A DNA stretch of 63,949 nt, filler included, from Limisphaerales bacterium (lineage in GTDB: Bacteria > Verrucomicrobiota > Verrucomicrobiia > Limisphaerales > SIBE01): assembly GCA_044225505.1 (NCBI GenBank). It is 5 parts of 5 records of this genome, joined end to end, with 100 filler letters (N's around TTAATTAATTAA, not from the genome) between each part and the next. Parts side by side here need not be neighbours in the genome. Positions count along the whole stretch, not along the records: positions 1 to 27,898 come from JBGAIN010000106.1; 4 more parts are not named here. The stretch is one strand, 5' to 3'. The notes beneath the pieces are model-generated. The model did no database searches. It worked only from the letters and a program-made list of their open reading frames with translations, and had not been told where the DNA came from. Numbering within the stretch: the first letter of the stretch is position 1; every line of letters begins with the position of its first letter. The position numbers were made by a program, and so were the translations under genes. Positions 10,100 to 20,507 of the stretch are shown in pieces.

Positions 10100-11419
10100 T
10101 CAGCCAGGTGGGTTCGCAGCACGGGTCAGTTTCGCGACGTACGCTCCGTCCACACCCGTTTGGAATGGCCAAAGCTCGACTTCTTTCTCCAGTGTAAACT
10201 CGGCCTGCGCTTCGAGAAATTCGGTCACGACCTGTTGATTCTCTTCTACTTCTAAGCTGCACGTGCTGTAGATCAATACTCCTCCCGGCTTGGTTCGACG
10301 CGCTGCCTGCGGCAGGAGCCGTGCCTGAGCTTCGCGGAGACGAGCAATTTCTTCTTCACGGATTCGCCAGCGCAGGTCGATACGGCGCTTCATCACTCCG
10401 GTATTCGAGCAGGGCGCATCGACCAGCACTCGGTCAAATTGTTCGGTATCAGCAAGGTCAGCGGCCGGCGATTGCAGCACAGGGTGAACACACTGGATGC
10501 CGAGCCGCGCGCAGTTTTCGCGAATCATCTCCACGCGAGACGGATCGATATCAATTGCCACAATGCGCCCCTGATCTTTCATCTGCTGCGCGATGAACGT
10601 CGTTTTACCTCCAGGTGCAGCGCAGAGGTCCAATACCGAGTCTCCGGGCTGAGAATCTAGGTGAACCCCAGCTAGCAATGTGCTGGGATCCTGGATGTAA
10701 AACAGGCCTTGCTGAAAACTCTCGATCTCAGCGAGCCCAGGGTGCGAGCGGAGGCGAAAGGCGAGACCTTGGGGCAGCCAATCGAGATTGACAGGCTCGG
10801 CGTCGATGCCCTCGCGTTGCCACGTCTCCTGGAGTTCCGATGCCGTGGTTTTAAGCGTATTGACCCGAGCGTAGGTTTCCGGAGGGCAATTGTTCCACTG
10901 GAGCAACTGCGCGGTGGTCTCACGTCCCCAACGAGCTTCCCATCGTGCGACCAGCCATGAGGGGTGAGAATAGCCCAGGGCTGGTTTGTCGGACCGGAGG
11001 CTGGTCAAAAGCGCGTCGGTTGCGGCCCGTTCACGAATGTATCCCCGAAGGATGGCGTTGACGAAACCCGCTTGCGGTCCAAACCCGAGGGTGCGCGCTA
11101 ATTGGACCATTTCATGAACTGCGGCGTGATCGGGAATTCTTTCCAGCCAAAAAAGTTGATAGAGTCCTAGTTGAAGCAAGACCTGGAGCGTTCGCTTCTG
11201 GGTACGAGCGCCCGTCTTGCGGGCAATCAACCAATCCAACGTGGCTTGCCAACGGACGACCCCGTAGATCAATTCCTGGGCGAGCCGGCGATCGACTCCG
11301 CTCAGCTCGTTCGCGCCTGGATCTCGCGCAAACAGATCCTCCGTGTAGTCAGGACAACTGTCCCGTCGGACCAGGATGCGGGCCGCGAGTGCGCGCGGTG
11401 TCAAATGGTTTTCAGGCAC
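10100..11419 (-). CDS. rsmB: 16S rRNA m5C967 methyltransferase RsmB/Sun
   Basis: NusB-like N-terminus, DLCAAPGGKT, DAPCS and YSTCS motifs. Confidence 0.92.
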   Translation of the reverse strand: MPENHLTPRALAARILVRRDSCPDYTEDLFARDPGANELSGVDRRLAQELIYGVVRWQATLDWLIARKTGARTQKRTLQVLLQLGLYQLFWLERIPDHAAVHEMVQLARTLGFGPQAGFVNAILRGYIRERAATDALLTSLRSDKPALGYSHPSWLVARWEARWGRETTAQLLQWNNCPPETYARVNTLKTTASELQETWQREGIDAEPVNLDWLPQGLAFRLRSHPGLAEIESFQQGLFYIQDPSTLLAGVHLDSQPGDSVLDLCAAPGGKTTFIAQQMKDQGRIVAIDIDPSRVEMIRENCARLGIQCVHPVLQSPAADLADTEQFDRVLVDAPCSNTGVMKRRIDLRWRIREEEIARLREAQARLLPQAARRTKPGGVLIYSTCSLEVEENQQVVTEFLEAQAEFTLEKEVELWPFQTGVDGAYVAKLTRAANPPG

Positions 11420-11442
11420 AGTTCCTACTACTCGCGATTGGG

Positions 11443-12189
11443 CTAAAGGTCGACGCTTTCCTCAAGCGTGTGGACCAGGGAGCAAGCGGCTTCATATCCA
11501 TCCGGTGCGGGCAAACTCCAGAGTTGAAACTGTCGCCCCGCGAAAATCACGGGCGTTGTCTGGGCACAATCGGCTCGGGCGCCTCCGGATACATCGATGG
11601 AGAGGAGATCCGTGCCGATGCCCTCGCCGCACGCTTTGAGGATGGCTTCTTTTCGGGTCCACAACCTGGCAAATGCTTCGTGACCAGCGCCGGACCCGGT
11701 AGCGCGCTTTAAGATCTGGCGCTCGATCTCGGTAAAACAGAGCGGCGCTAGCTCTGTCACCTTCTCCGGAGCTTGATGCTGTTCGATATCAACGCCGATT
11801 TCGCAATCCTGAGCCACGCCGACGAGCGCGTAAGTACCGGCGTGGGACAAGTTGAAGTGACAGGCCGAGGCGCACGGACCGGTCAGTTGTGGTTTTCCTT
11901 TCTTAGTCGCACGAAATCCAAGAAGCCTGGGCTCAACGCCAAGTTGGTCCCCTAAAATAAGTCGTAACGCCGCATGACTTGCTAAAAACTGGCGGCGGGC
12001 TGGTTCGACCAAAAACCGCGCTGCGCGCTCTTGTTCCGATCTCGAAAGGAGATCTGCCAGAGCGTAGAGTGAAGGTTCGATCGAGTGCAAATCGACTAAC
12101 CACAGGCGCGTCCCCTCGCTGGGCGGTCGAAAAGAGAGTTCTTCAATCCAACCGCGGGCCGTCCAGCCAAGGTAGGAAAGCTCGTGCAT
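11443..12189 (-). CDS. Sfp-type 4'-phosphopantetheinyl transferase
   Basis: GKP, FNLSH, GVDIE and WTRKEAILKA motifs. Confidence 0.92.
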   Translation of the reverse strand: MHELSYLGWTARGWIEELSFRPPSEGTRLWLVDLHSIEPSLYALADLLSRSEQERAARFLVEPARRQFLASHAALRLILGDQLGVEPRLLGFRATKKGKPQLTGPCASACHFNLSHAGTYALVGVAQDCEIGVDIEQHQAPEKVTELAPLCFTEIERQILKRATGSGAGHEAFARLWTRKEAILKACGEGIGTDLLSIDVSGGARADCAQTTPVIFAGRQFQLWSLPAPDGYEAACSLVHTLEESVDL

Positions 12190-12517
12190 GGCGGATCCAC
12201 CCTAGCAGGAATGAAGGGAAGGCGCAAAAAAAGTCCGCCCCTCCTTGGATGGCGGGAATGGCGTTCCGAAGCGACGCTAGTCATGGGCCCTTGTTCCAGA
12301 AGAGCCAATTACCTAAACCTCCCTGTGTGTTTGAGGATGCCGTTGGACCGTCCGATGGGGTATCCGGCTCGTTTCGGATTTGAACATCGGGTGATGCCTG
12401 ACGGGTTTGGGCCGAGCGTCAGGCAAGGCGTGTTGACCCGGGAACCGAGAAAAATGCGGTTTACAAACGCCGTTGCCGCCCTACAGACTGTGCGCTCGGC
12501 TGTAGCCAAAAGTTAAT

Positions 12518-14458
12518 ATGGAAGCGTCGCAACAACCCGTGGAACGTAAGACTGTAGACGATCGGCAGAAGATGACCGACTTGGAGCGGTTACGGCATTC
12601 GTGTGCCCACGTCCTGGCCACGGCGATCAGCCAGCTCTGGCCCGATGCTCAATTCGCCGCAGGGCCTCCGGTGGAGAACGGCTTCTATTACGATGTTGAG
12701 TTGTCCCACCGAATTTCCCCGGAGGACTTTCCGAAGATCGAAGAGGAGATGAAGAAGGAAGTCAAAGCGAACCACGTCTTTGAAAAAGTTGTCGTCGATC
12801 GCAAACAAGCGTTGGACGATGCCACGCGAGGGCGATTAGCGGCTTTAGCCGACCGATCGGTGCCGAGCCGGTTCAAGCTGGATATCATCCAAGGGATTCC
12901 GGAAAACGAACCAATCTCCTACTTCAAGAACGGAGATTTCATCGATCTCTGTGCCGGACCGCACGTCATGCGCACGGGCAATATCGGCGCATTCAAACTG
13001 ACCCACGTGGCGAGCGCCTATTACAAAGGGGATGAACGGAATCCTCAGCTGCAACGGATTTACGGAACGGCTTTTAAGAATAAGACCGAGATGGAGGCCT
13101 ATTTCAAAATGCTGGAAGAGGCCAAAAAGCGTGATCACCGCAAGATCGGTCAGGAGATGGGGCTTTTTGCCATCGACACGGAATTTGTAGGTCCGGGATT
13201 GCCCCTGTGGCTGCCCAAAGGTGCCGCGATCGCGGAGGAGTTGGAGAAGCTGGCGAAGGAAACGGAATTTGCCGCTGGCTATGTTCGCGTGAAGACGCCG
13301 CATATCGCCAAGGAAAAGATGTATCTGACGAGCGGTCATCTTCCTGTTCTTTACGCCGAAAGTATGTTTCCACCCATGGAACTGGAAGAGTCACGCGGCA
13401 CGCCAGCGAAGCAGGTTGCGGGATCTTTGACAGAGGCGGACTCCTCTTCGGCCGCGCCCAAGGAACGATACTACCTGAAGGCGATGAATTGTCCGCACCA
13501 CCACCGCATCTTCGCGGCAGAACCTCGCAGCTATCGGGACCTCCCTTTGCGCTTGGCCGAATACGGAAGTTGTTACCGGTACGAGCAGTCTGGCGAACTC
13601 TTTGGCCTAATGCGGGTGCGGTCGTTAAGCATGAATGACGCCCATATTTACTGCACGCGCGAGCAGTTCGCGGACGAGTTTAACGGGGTGAACCAGATGT
13701 ATCTCAAATACTTTAAGATTTTTGGAGTCGAAAAGTATGTGATGCGATTCAGTACCCATGACCCGTCTAAACTCGGACAAAAATTTGTGGATGAACCGGA
13801 GCTTTGGCTTGAGACGGAGAACATGGTGCGAGAAGTCCTGAAGAATTCAGGCATCAACTACGTCGAAGTGCCCAATGAAGCCGCGTTTTACGGTCCTAAG
13901 ATCGACGTGCAAGTCTGGAGTGTGATCGGGCGCGAATTCACTCTCGCCACGAATCAGGTTGATTTTGCAGTGCCACGCCGGTTTGGCCTGAAGTACAAAG
14001 ATCGAGACAATACCGAGAAAATTCCGCTTTGTATTCACCGCGCTCCCTTGGGAACCCATGAACGGTTCATCGGATTTCTGATCGAGCACTATGCGGGCAA
14101 TTTTCCGCTCTGGCTAGCCCCGGAACAGGTCCGCGTGCTGACGATTGGAGACGACGAAAAACTAGTGAAGTATGCCAAGGAGATCGTTCAGGAACTCCGA
14201 GGGCATATGGTTCGAGCCGACGCTGACCTCGGCACAGACAAGATCAACGGCAAGGTGTTGCGTGCGGAAGAGGCGAAAGTCCACACGATGCTCGTCGTGG
14301 GGCAGCGCGATCTGGAATCCAACCAAGTGAGTGTACGGCTCCATGGCAAGGGGAATCAAGGGGCCAAGCCGAAGTCCCAAGTAGTCGCAGAAATCCTGGC
14401 CGCGATTCGCGATCGGAGCGACGTATCGGCAGCGGCCTCGGCCCCGGTCAATCACTAA
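12518..14458 (+). CDS. thrS: Threonine--tRNA ligase
   Basis: RHSCAH, DLCAGPH, RDHRKIG, MNCPHH and AAFYGPKID motifs. Confidence 0.98.
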   Translation: MEASQQPVERKTVDDRQKMTDLERLRHSCAHVLATAISQLWPDAQFAAGPPVENGFYYDVELSHRISPEDFPKIEEEMKKEVKANHVFEKVVVDRKQALDDATRGRLAALADRSVPSRFKLDIIQGIPENEPISYFKNGDFIDLCAGPHVMRTGNIGAFKLTHVASAYYKGDERNPQLQRIYGTAFKNKTEMEAYFKMLEEAKKRDHRKIGQEMGLFAIDTEFVGPGLPLWLPKGAAIAEELEKLAKETEFAAGYVRVKTPHIAKEKMYLTSGHLPVLYAESMFPPMELEESRGTPAKQVAGSLTEADSSSAAPKERYYLKAMNCPHHHRIFAAEPRSYRDLPLRLAEYGSCYRYEQSGELFGLMRVRSLSMNDAHIYCTREQFADEFNGVNQMYLKYFKIFGVEKYVMRFSTHDPSKLGQKFVDEPELWLETENMVREVLKNSGINYVEVPNEAAFYGPKIDVQVWSVIGREFTLATNQVDFAVPRRFGLKYKDRDNTEKIPLCIHRAPLGTHERFIGFLIEHYAGNFPLWLAPEQVRVLTIGDDEKLVKYAKEIVQELRGHMVRADADLGTDKINGKVLRAEEAKVHTMLVVGQRDLESNQVSVRLHGKGNQGAKPKSQVVAEILAAIRDRSDVSAAASAPVNH

Positions 14459-17457
14459 CGGAGCGAGCTCAGAAACTGCAACAGGTCCGCTGCTTCGGCG
14501 GCGGTCAGGCTTTGGAGCAGGCCTTCCGGCATAGCCGATAAGGTCAGTGATTGCACGCGCTTCACATGGGCTGCGGGAAGGTGAACTTCGTGGAGCTCCG
14601 AATCCTTCAACACGAGTTCACTCTGCGACTTTCGCACGAGGAAGCCCGTATAGAAGTTGTCGTCGGAAGTTTCAATTTGATAGGAGACGAACGGCTCGTC
14701 AATTCTTGCCGAGGGCCGAAAGATTTGCTCCAACAGTTGCTCCCGCGTGTATTTGCGTCCAATCAATGTCAGGTCCGGACCGAAATCTCGCCCTTCGTTG
14801 CCAATTCGGTGACAGCGTGAACATTGGACGCCGTCGCGAAAGAAAAGGACCCGTCCTCGTTCCCGTTCACCTGCCAGAGTGAGAATTTCCTCGGGGCGGA
14901 AGTTCGCTCCGAGAACCTGCCGTCGTGATTGCAGCGCAAGAAACCGGTCGAGCAGGTCGTGAACGTGGGGTGCAGGGTGGCCCGCGACGACCTCTTGCCA
15001 TCCATCAGGCAGGTGCGGGGTGCGATGATCCAACGTCGCGACCAGGTCCAAGCAACGGTTGACGTCGGTGAGCTGCTGAGCCAAATCAAGTGGGTCGCGC
15101 GGCCATCCGGAAAGAGTTTCAGCGGAGGGCATCTTTGCCACGGTCGAATTAAGGCGGCTTGGCGAAGGCTGGCCGAGACTGGAGATCCAATCGTGCAAGA
15201 GGCGCAGGCCGTCGACATCGACTCGCCGAGAACCGATGAGCGGCATGCGTCCTTGTCCTGTGCTCGCGATGCGGTAGTAAAGGACGGAGCTTGCCGGATC
15301 CTGAGCCGCAATAACCGCAGCGTGTTGCAGGCCAAGCGATCCTTGGGATGGGGGGCGCCCCACCGCCTTCATATCCGACAATCGCGTGTCATAGTCAAAA
15401 TGAGAAACGACCGAGCCACCCGCTCCTTCCCGGTGGCAATGCGAGCAATTCACGTGTAACCAAGCTCTCGCTCGTTCGCCGAGGTCAGCGGCGGTATCGT
15501 AGGGATCGGCGAAGACAGGTCGGGCGCTTTCACCCAGCGGTCGGTCGAAGTACCCTTGCCGGGATAGCCATCGGAGTTGATTCGCGCTGGCACTATCCAC
15601 GGCGATGCTCGAGTTGGTCGTTGCTGCCGATGTCGACCGGGGGCGATTCAATTGCGCACCGGTGAACGCTAAGGCGACGTTGACCCACGGATTGTGGCAA
15701 CGGAGGCATTCGGCGCGGCTATGGAAACGCCATGTTTGCTCGCCTTTCCCATCGGAGGCTGTGACGTCGGGAACCGGAACGGTCAGTTCATCTCCTATCG
15801 AATCAACCAGGAGCGCGTCGGTTTGAGATTCGTTCCATCGATAGGAATAGGCATGCCAATCCAGGCCGTCAAAGTGCAAAAGTTGCGTCTCGAGGCGTCG
15901 GCGGCTGGCGGTGGGACCGGCCTGTACGGCCAAACTGAGCGTCTTGCCCAGCACGGCGTTCGTTGGATAGCGCCACTCGTTTTTTGTTTGATAGACCCAA
16001 ACGTTCGTGGCGCCCGTATCGATCTGAGAATCACCCGGTAGGCCCAGAAAACGCTCGGCGGTGGCGCCATCCGACCACATCGGCGCGTTAATATCAAACG
16101 GGATGACGCCGGGTGCGAGGCGATGATTTGGAGTGGAAACGAAGAGGCCGGTCTCGCTCAAACGTGCGGGAAAGGTCCGCTCTGTTCGTGGGACGGTGTT
16201 TCTCTCGAGCGTGTAAACGCCACCAGCGTAGTCTACCACGAGGAGTTCGCCGACGGAGTCGGGAGCGAAGCAGACTACCTGAAGAGAAGTGTCGACAAGC
16301 TCCTCGACCAAAGCTGGAGCGTTCGTTTGCTCACGCAGAGCCCAGAGTTTGCCAGTCACCCAATCCCCGTAACAATACGCGCCCACAAGCTCAGACAGGA
16401 GGTGTCCTCGATAGACACAGCCGCCGGTGATGGATGCAGCCTCGGTATGTGGGTGAGCCCGTAACGGAGGGATTATTGGGGTTGGGCCGCGCTTGGCTCC
16501 CGTGTGAATCGGCTGCGGGCCTTCGGTAATACTCCAACCGTAATTGCCTCCGCGTTCGATTCGGTAAACCGTTTCCCAGAGTTCCCAGCCGACATCCGCT
16601 GTCCACAAGGTCCCCGTCAGTTTATCGACACTCATTCGCCAAGGGTTGCGCAAGCCATAGGCCCAAACCTCTGGCCGCGCTTCCGGGAGGTGAACAAACG
16701 GGTTGTCCGCAGGCACGCGGTAGGGTCGATTTTCGCCCGGCGCAGTTACGTCGATTCGAAGAACGGACGATAGCAGGTCCTTTAAATCCTGACCGGTCAT
16801 CAAAGGATCGGGCGGGTTGGGACCACCCCCGTCCCCGGTGGAAATATAGAGGAAACCGTCCAGCCCGAACTGAAGGCTGCCGCCATTGTGACCGCCTCCC
16901 AGCCAGGTTATGATGATTTTTTCGCTTTTTAGATCAAGCCGTGGGGGATCAGTCGCGAGCATGGAGAACTGAGAGACTCGCGATCCATCAGGTGCGCCAT
17001 CCTTTAGGACGTAGCAAAGATAAACGACTTGATTGGTCGCAAAGCCAGGATGAAAGGCGATGCCGTAGAGCGCGGAAAGACCCATCATCGATGGTGCCAG
17101 ATCACAAAACAGATCGGTTTCGCTCGCTGCTGGGTCGTTGCGAAACGAGAGAACTTTGCCTCCTTGCTCTGCTAGGAAAAAGCGATCCAATGGTGGCACG
17201 TAGCAGAGGTCGACTGGGTTTTGGAACTGAAGCTTTGGGAAAGTGCGGCGCACTTGATAAGGCGCTGGCGGATCGGGAGAACCTTCAACACGGGAGGTCG
17301 TCCAAGGGACTCGTGCGTGTTCTTGGGCGAACAGAGACCCAATCGCGAGGACAAACAGAACGAGACCGCCCAAAGATTTCCATACGCGTTGGACAGCCCA
17401 TCCTTTCCGAAACACGTGGTCGGTTGAAGAACTCCAGCTGAACCTGTCTATGCCCAT
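14455..17457 (-). CDS. Secreted PQQ-dependent sugar dehydrogenase-like (GSDH) protein fused to c-type cytochrome domains
   Basis: HNGGSLQFG, AYGLRNPWR and GNYGW beta-propeller motifs; three CxxCH (CLRCH, CSHCH, CSRCH); C-terminal PVC-type heme domain (GPDLT...SAMPEGL). The start is uncertain (ATG 17457 or a later GTG). Confidence 0.85.
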   Translation of the reverse strand: MGIDRFSWSSSTDHVFRKGWAVQRVWKSLGGLVLFVLAIGSLFAQEHARVPWTTSRVEGSPDPPAPYQVRRTFPKLQFQNPVDLCYVPPLDRFFLAEQGGKVLSFRNDPAASETDLFCDLAPSMMGLSALYGIAFHPGFATNQVVYLCYVLKDGAPDGSRVSQFSMLATDPPRLDLKSEKIIITWLGGGHNGGSLQFGLDGFLYISTGDGGGPNPPDPLMTGQDLKDLLSSVLRIDVTAPGENRPYRVPADNPFVHLPEARPEVWAYGLRNPWRMSVDKLTGTLWTADVGWELWETVYRIERGGNYGWSITEGPQPIHTGAKRGPTPIIPPLRAHPHTEAASITGGCVYRGHLLSELVGAYCYGDWVTGKLWALREQTNAPALVEELVDTSLQVVCFAPDSVGELLVVDYAGGVYTLERNTVPRTERTFPARLSETGLFVSTPNHRLAPGVIPFDINAPMWSDGATAERFLGLPGDSQIDTGATNVWVYQTKNEWRYPTNAVLGKTLSLAVQAGPTASRRRLETQLLHFDGLDWHAYSYRWNESQTDALLVDSIGDELTVPVPDVTASDGKGEQTWRFHSRAECLRCHNPWVNVALAFTGAQLNRPRSTSAATTNSSIAVDSASANQLRWLSRQGYFDRPLGESARPVFADPYDTAADLGERARAWLHVNCSHCHREGAGGSVVSHFDYDTRLSDMKAVGRPPSQGSLGLQHAAVIAAQDPASSVLYYRIASTGQGRMPLIGSRRVDVDGLRLLHDWISSLGQPSPSRLNSTVAKMPSAETLSGWPRDPLDLAQQLTDVNRCLDLVATLDHRTPHLPDGWQEVVAGHPAPHVHDLLDRFLALQSRRQVLGANFRPEEILTLAGERERGRVLFFRDGVQCSRCHRIGNEGRDFGPDLTLIGRKYTREQLLEQIFRPSARIDEPFVSYQIETSDDNFYTGFLVRKSQSELVLKDSELHEVHLPAAHVKRVQSLTLSAMPEGLLQSLTAAEAADLLQFLSSLR

Positions 17458-17751
17458 GGATACACGCGTCGGGCGTTTATAATTGGGGTAGCCTAGACGT
17501 GCAACCCTTTCCTGCGGCGACGGTCTCTTTAGAATGTTAACACCTTGCTTGGAGCTCTGAAACGCTTCGTGAGCTGCTCCCTTTGCGTTTGCAGACCGCC
17601 ATCTGGAAAAACATAAATGGCAGCGCTCTCTCGCCACAACTCGCGCTGCGCGGGTGAAACTTAACAGCACTCTCGACACGCTCGCGCTGCCAAATGATCC
17701 GGACATTCGTTGGGCGTCGTTCCGCGCGGGAAGAGTCTCGGAGAAGTCGTA

Positions 17752-18591
17752 TTAGCCTGCCAGGGAATCCAATGCGGCACGCACTCCTTCTACGAGCGCT
17801 CGGACGCGAATTGGCAGAGGAAAATCGGACGGAGCTTCCAGCGTGCAAGACAGACGCGTTTTGTGGTGGATCAGGTAAAAGGCCTCCGGCCAGTCCGGGC
17901 GGGGCAGAGAATCGAAGCTAGGGCGTATGATTCCTTCGTGCGCTTCACGCCCCTCAATGATGGAAGAGCGATCGATCGGGCAAACGGAAGCGACCCGCTG
18001 CACGATCGCCTCAGCCAGCGAAGGCTGGTTGTCGAGGTTGAGCTCATAAATGTAGAATCCGAGCGATTCCCAGTCTTCGTGCAAACAGAGTGTCACATCA
18101 AATCCTGGCTGTCGATCGAGCCAACCGATATGCGCTCGGATCTCGTCGGCTTTCGGCTCGAGATACTGCCGATTTAGATCCAGACCCGTCGCGTTTTCTC
18201 GGGTATTTAAGGGAAATCCGCTCGGGTTGAGACACGGGCAAATTGCCACGTCAACGTTCTGTGGCCAATCATTGTTCTGGAGCAGTTCCAGGACGGCTAT
18301 GGGGCCGGCCGGTTCATCCCCGTGGATGCCCGCAGAGATATAAAGCCGTTTTTCGGAAATCTCGACCGCACGCGAGTAAGACGTCAAACAGAGATCTTGT
18401 TTGTCTAAGAAACATTCGCTCTTCCACCCATGCTTCAGCGCGAGCGTTTGAATCTGATTCAATACCGTCTGGATTTGAATGGTTTCTCCAGCGTAACGCC
18501 CCTGGTTCCTGCCCAGACGCTCCCACGGGGGGTTGCCTGTTGAGCGCGGGTATGGGTCCGGCGACGCGTTGGGGAAGACGGGACCGGACAT
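17752..18591 (-). CDS. M14-family metallocarboxypeptidase (ASTE/ASPA/MpaA-like)
   Basis: AGIHGDE, NPSG...REN...DLNR and LHED motifs. Confidence 0.88.
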   Translation of the reverse strand: MSGPVFPNASPDPYPRSTGNPPWERLGRNQGRYAGETIQIQTVLNQIQTLALKHGWKSECFLDKQDLCLTSYSRAVEISEKRLYISAGIHGDEPAGPIAVLELLQNNDWPQNVDVAICPCLNPSGFPLNTRENATGLDLNRQYLEPKADEIRAHIGWLDRQPGFDVTLCLHEDWESLGFYIYELNLDNQPSLAEAIVQRVASVCPIDRSSIIEGREAHEGIIRPSFDSLPRPDWPEAFYLIHHKTRLSCTLEAPSDFPLPIRVRALVEGVRAALDSLAG

Positions 18592-18708
18592 TCGACAGTT
18601 CAGGATTCAAAAGCAGCGCCGCGGAGGCGCATCTCCACGCCCCCTTTTCCCCTCGATCTTAGCCTTTCGAACAAGGCCACGGTTGAGTTCAAGAGGTTTC
18701 AGGTGTGA

Positions 18709-19809
18709 TCAAACGCACGCGCCAGAACGGCAAAGTTCCGCGTGCTCAGGACGTTGTGTTTCGCCGGAAGGCAGGTCGACCTGGTCGGAAAATCCGTGCT
18801 TATCCCACTGGGGGTCAAGGCCGAGATCTTTAAGCATCTGCAGGTCTTTTTCCACAGACTGATTTAAAGTGGTCAGATAGTTCCCAACCATTAACGCGCT
18901 GGCGCCAGCCATAAAGATCATACTTTGGAGGTCCCGCAAGTTCACGACCCGCCCTCCAGCCACCATGATCTCCTGTCGGGGCAAAATCAGCCGGAAGCAA
19001 GCAATCGTCTTGAGGATTTCCAATGGCGGTAACGCTTCGTTTCCTGCGTAAGGGGTGCCTTCAATCGGGTTCAGGACGTTGATGGGAACGATATTGGCTC
19101 CAATTTCCCGCAATGAAAAAGCCAGGTCGCATCGGTCTTCGCGGGTTTCACCCATGCCCAAAATGCCGCCTGAACAGATCTTGATCCCGGCCTCGCGCAA
19201 GTGGGAAATGGTTTGAATCCGTTCCTCGTAGGAGTGAGTCGTGCAGACCTGGGGGAAAAAGCGGCGTGATGTCTCCAAGTTGTGATTATAACACTCAAGC
19301 CCAGCTTCCTTCAGTCGAAGAGCTACTTTCGGATTGCGGATAATGCCTAACGACGCGTCTGGTCGGGTCTTGCCGCTCTTCTTCAACTCGGATAGCTGCG
19401 TGCAGATTTCGTCTAGAATTGGACCTTCGTCCAGTCCTCGCCATGCTGCAACAATTCCCAACGCTGTGACTCCATTCGCTTTTGCTTCATCGGCCGCTCG
19501 AAGCATTGGTTCATTTTCAACTAAACCGTATCGCGGGGACTCAGTTTGATAGGAAGCTGATTGCGCACAAAACTTGCAATTCTCGGAACATCCGCCCGCT
19601 TTGATGTTTACGATGGAGCATAGGTGGATCTTCTTGCCCTTGAAATGTTCGCGCACGCGATTAGCCCAGGACATGAGATCGTAAATGTCGGCGCTGGATT
19701 CCAGGGCAAAGAGCCACTGTCCGTCGGCGCGGCTGAGAGCTTTCCCAGCAATTACTTGTCGGCCGAGTTCAGCGATTCGTTCGTGGTTTGGTATCGAACC
19801 AGTCATCAT
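18709..19809 (-). CDS. bioB: Biotin synthase
   Basis: CSENCKFCAQS, YNHNLET, CSGGILGMGE and GNYLTT motifs. Confidence 0.96.
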   Translation of the reverse strand: MMTGSIPNHERIAELGRQVIAGKALSRADGQWLFALESSADIYDLMSWANRVREHFKGKKIHLCSIVNIKAGGCSENCKFCAQSASYQTESPRYGLVENEPMLRAADEAKANGVTALGIVAAWRGLDEGPILDEICTQLSELKKSGKTRPDASLGIIRNPKVALRLKEAGLECYNHNLETSRRFFPQVCTTHSYEERIQTISHLREAGIKICSGGILGMGETREDRCDLAFSLREIGANIVPINVLNPIEGTPYAGNEALPPLEILKTIACFRLILPRQEIMVAGGRVVNLRDLQSMIFMAGASALMVGNYLTTLNQSVEKDLQMLKDLGLDPQWDKHGFSDQVDLPSGETQRPEHAELCRSGACV

Positions 19810-19882
19810 TCATGACAGGCTAGCAACTGCAACGAACTGTGCAAGCTGTGGTTGGCCCCCACCCAGACCGAGCGGAATGCTG

Positions 19883-20317
19883 TCACAAGTTGCCTGGGAT
19901 CGCTTGCAGAAAGATCTTGGGATACCCCGGAAGTGCGCCGGGGATGGAGTGACCGGGATTCGGAGGCAGAATCGCCAGCCACTGGCCAGCGAGGCCGATG
20001 ACGGCGGCGATGTCGAGACGCTCGTGGACCGGACCGTAGGGTTCCAAGTTGGTGCGCGCCAGTCTGAACAGTGCTGCGGCTGGGCCGAGCCGCTCCTTCT
20101 GAACGTGAACAAAGGCTCCCGCGAGTTGGATGAGGCCTTTGTAAAAGGCGCCATTGCGGCCGTGGCGGTCCTCCAACCAAAGCTCTTCCAATACCTCATG
20201 CGCCTCGAAAAAGAGTTGGCGATTGAAGCAGTCAAGAAACCCTGCGTAGTGCGGGTCGACGCCTTGGCCATGACAGCCTTCAATGAGACCGGCAATTTTC
20301 GGAGTTTTCTTGCTCAT
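19883..20317 (-). CDS. DUF309 domain protein
   Basis: FFEAHEVLEELW...YKGLIQLA. Start reassigned to ATG at 20317. Confidence 0.88.
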   Translation of the reverse strand: MSKKTPKIAGLIEGCHGQGVDPHYAGFLDCFNRQLFFEAHEVLEELWLEDRHGRNGAFYKGLIQLAGAFVHVQKERLGPAAALFRLARTNLEPYGPVHERLDIAAVIGLAGQWLAILPPNPGHSIPGALPGYPKIFLQAIPGNL

Positions 20318-20507
20318 GTCAGGAACCGCTTCTGCTCTAGCCTCGAGACTCAGCTCCGTTCTTTCTACTCCCGTACGCGCGTTTGCGCAATCGCGCGAGC
20401 GGCTCTTGCCCGCGTGTCCACAATCGCGTCGACCAATTAGGCTGAAACCGAGGCCCGAGCACGCTTTGTTCCTTGCCATTGCCAGAGGCGTTCGACACTC
20501 TGAAGTC

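Noticed and set aside
11443..12189. Sfp PPTase as a marker of an NRPS/PKS cluster
   Set aside because: No carrier-protein or synthase genes are nearby, and stand-alone PPTases are common.
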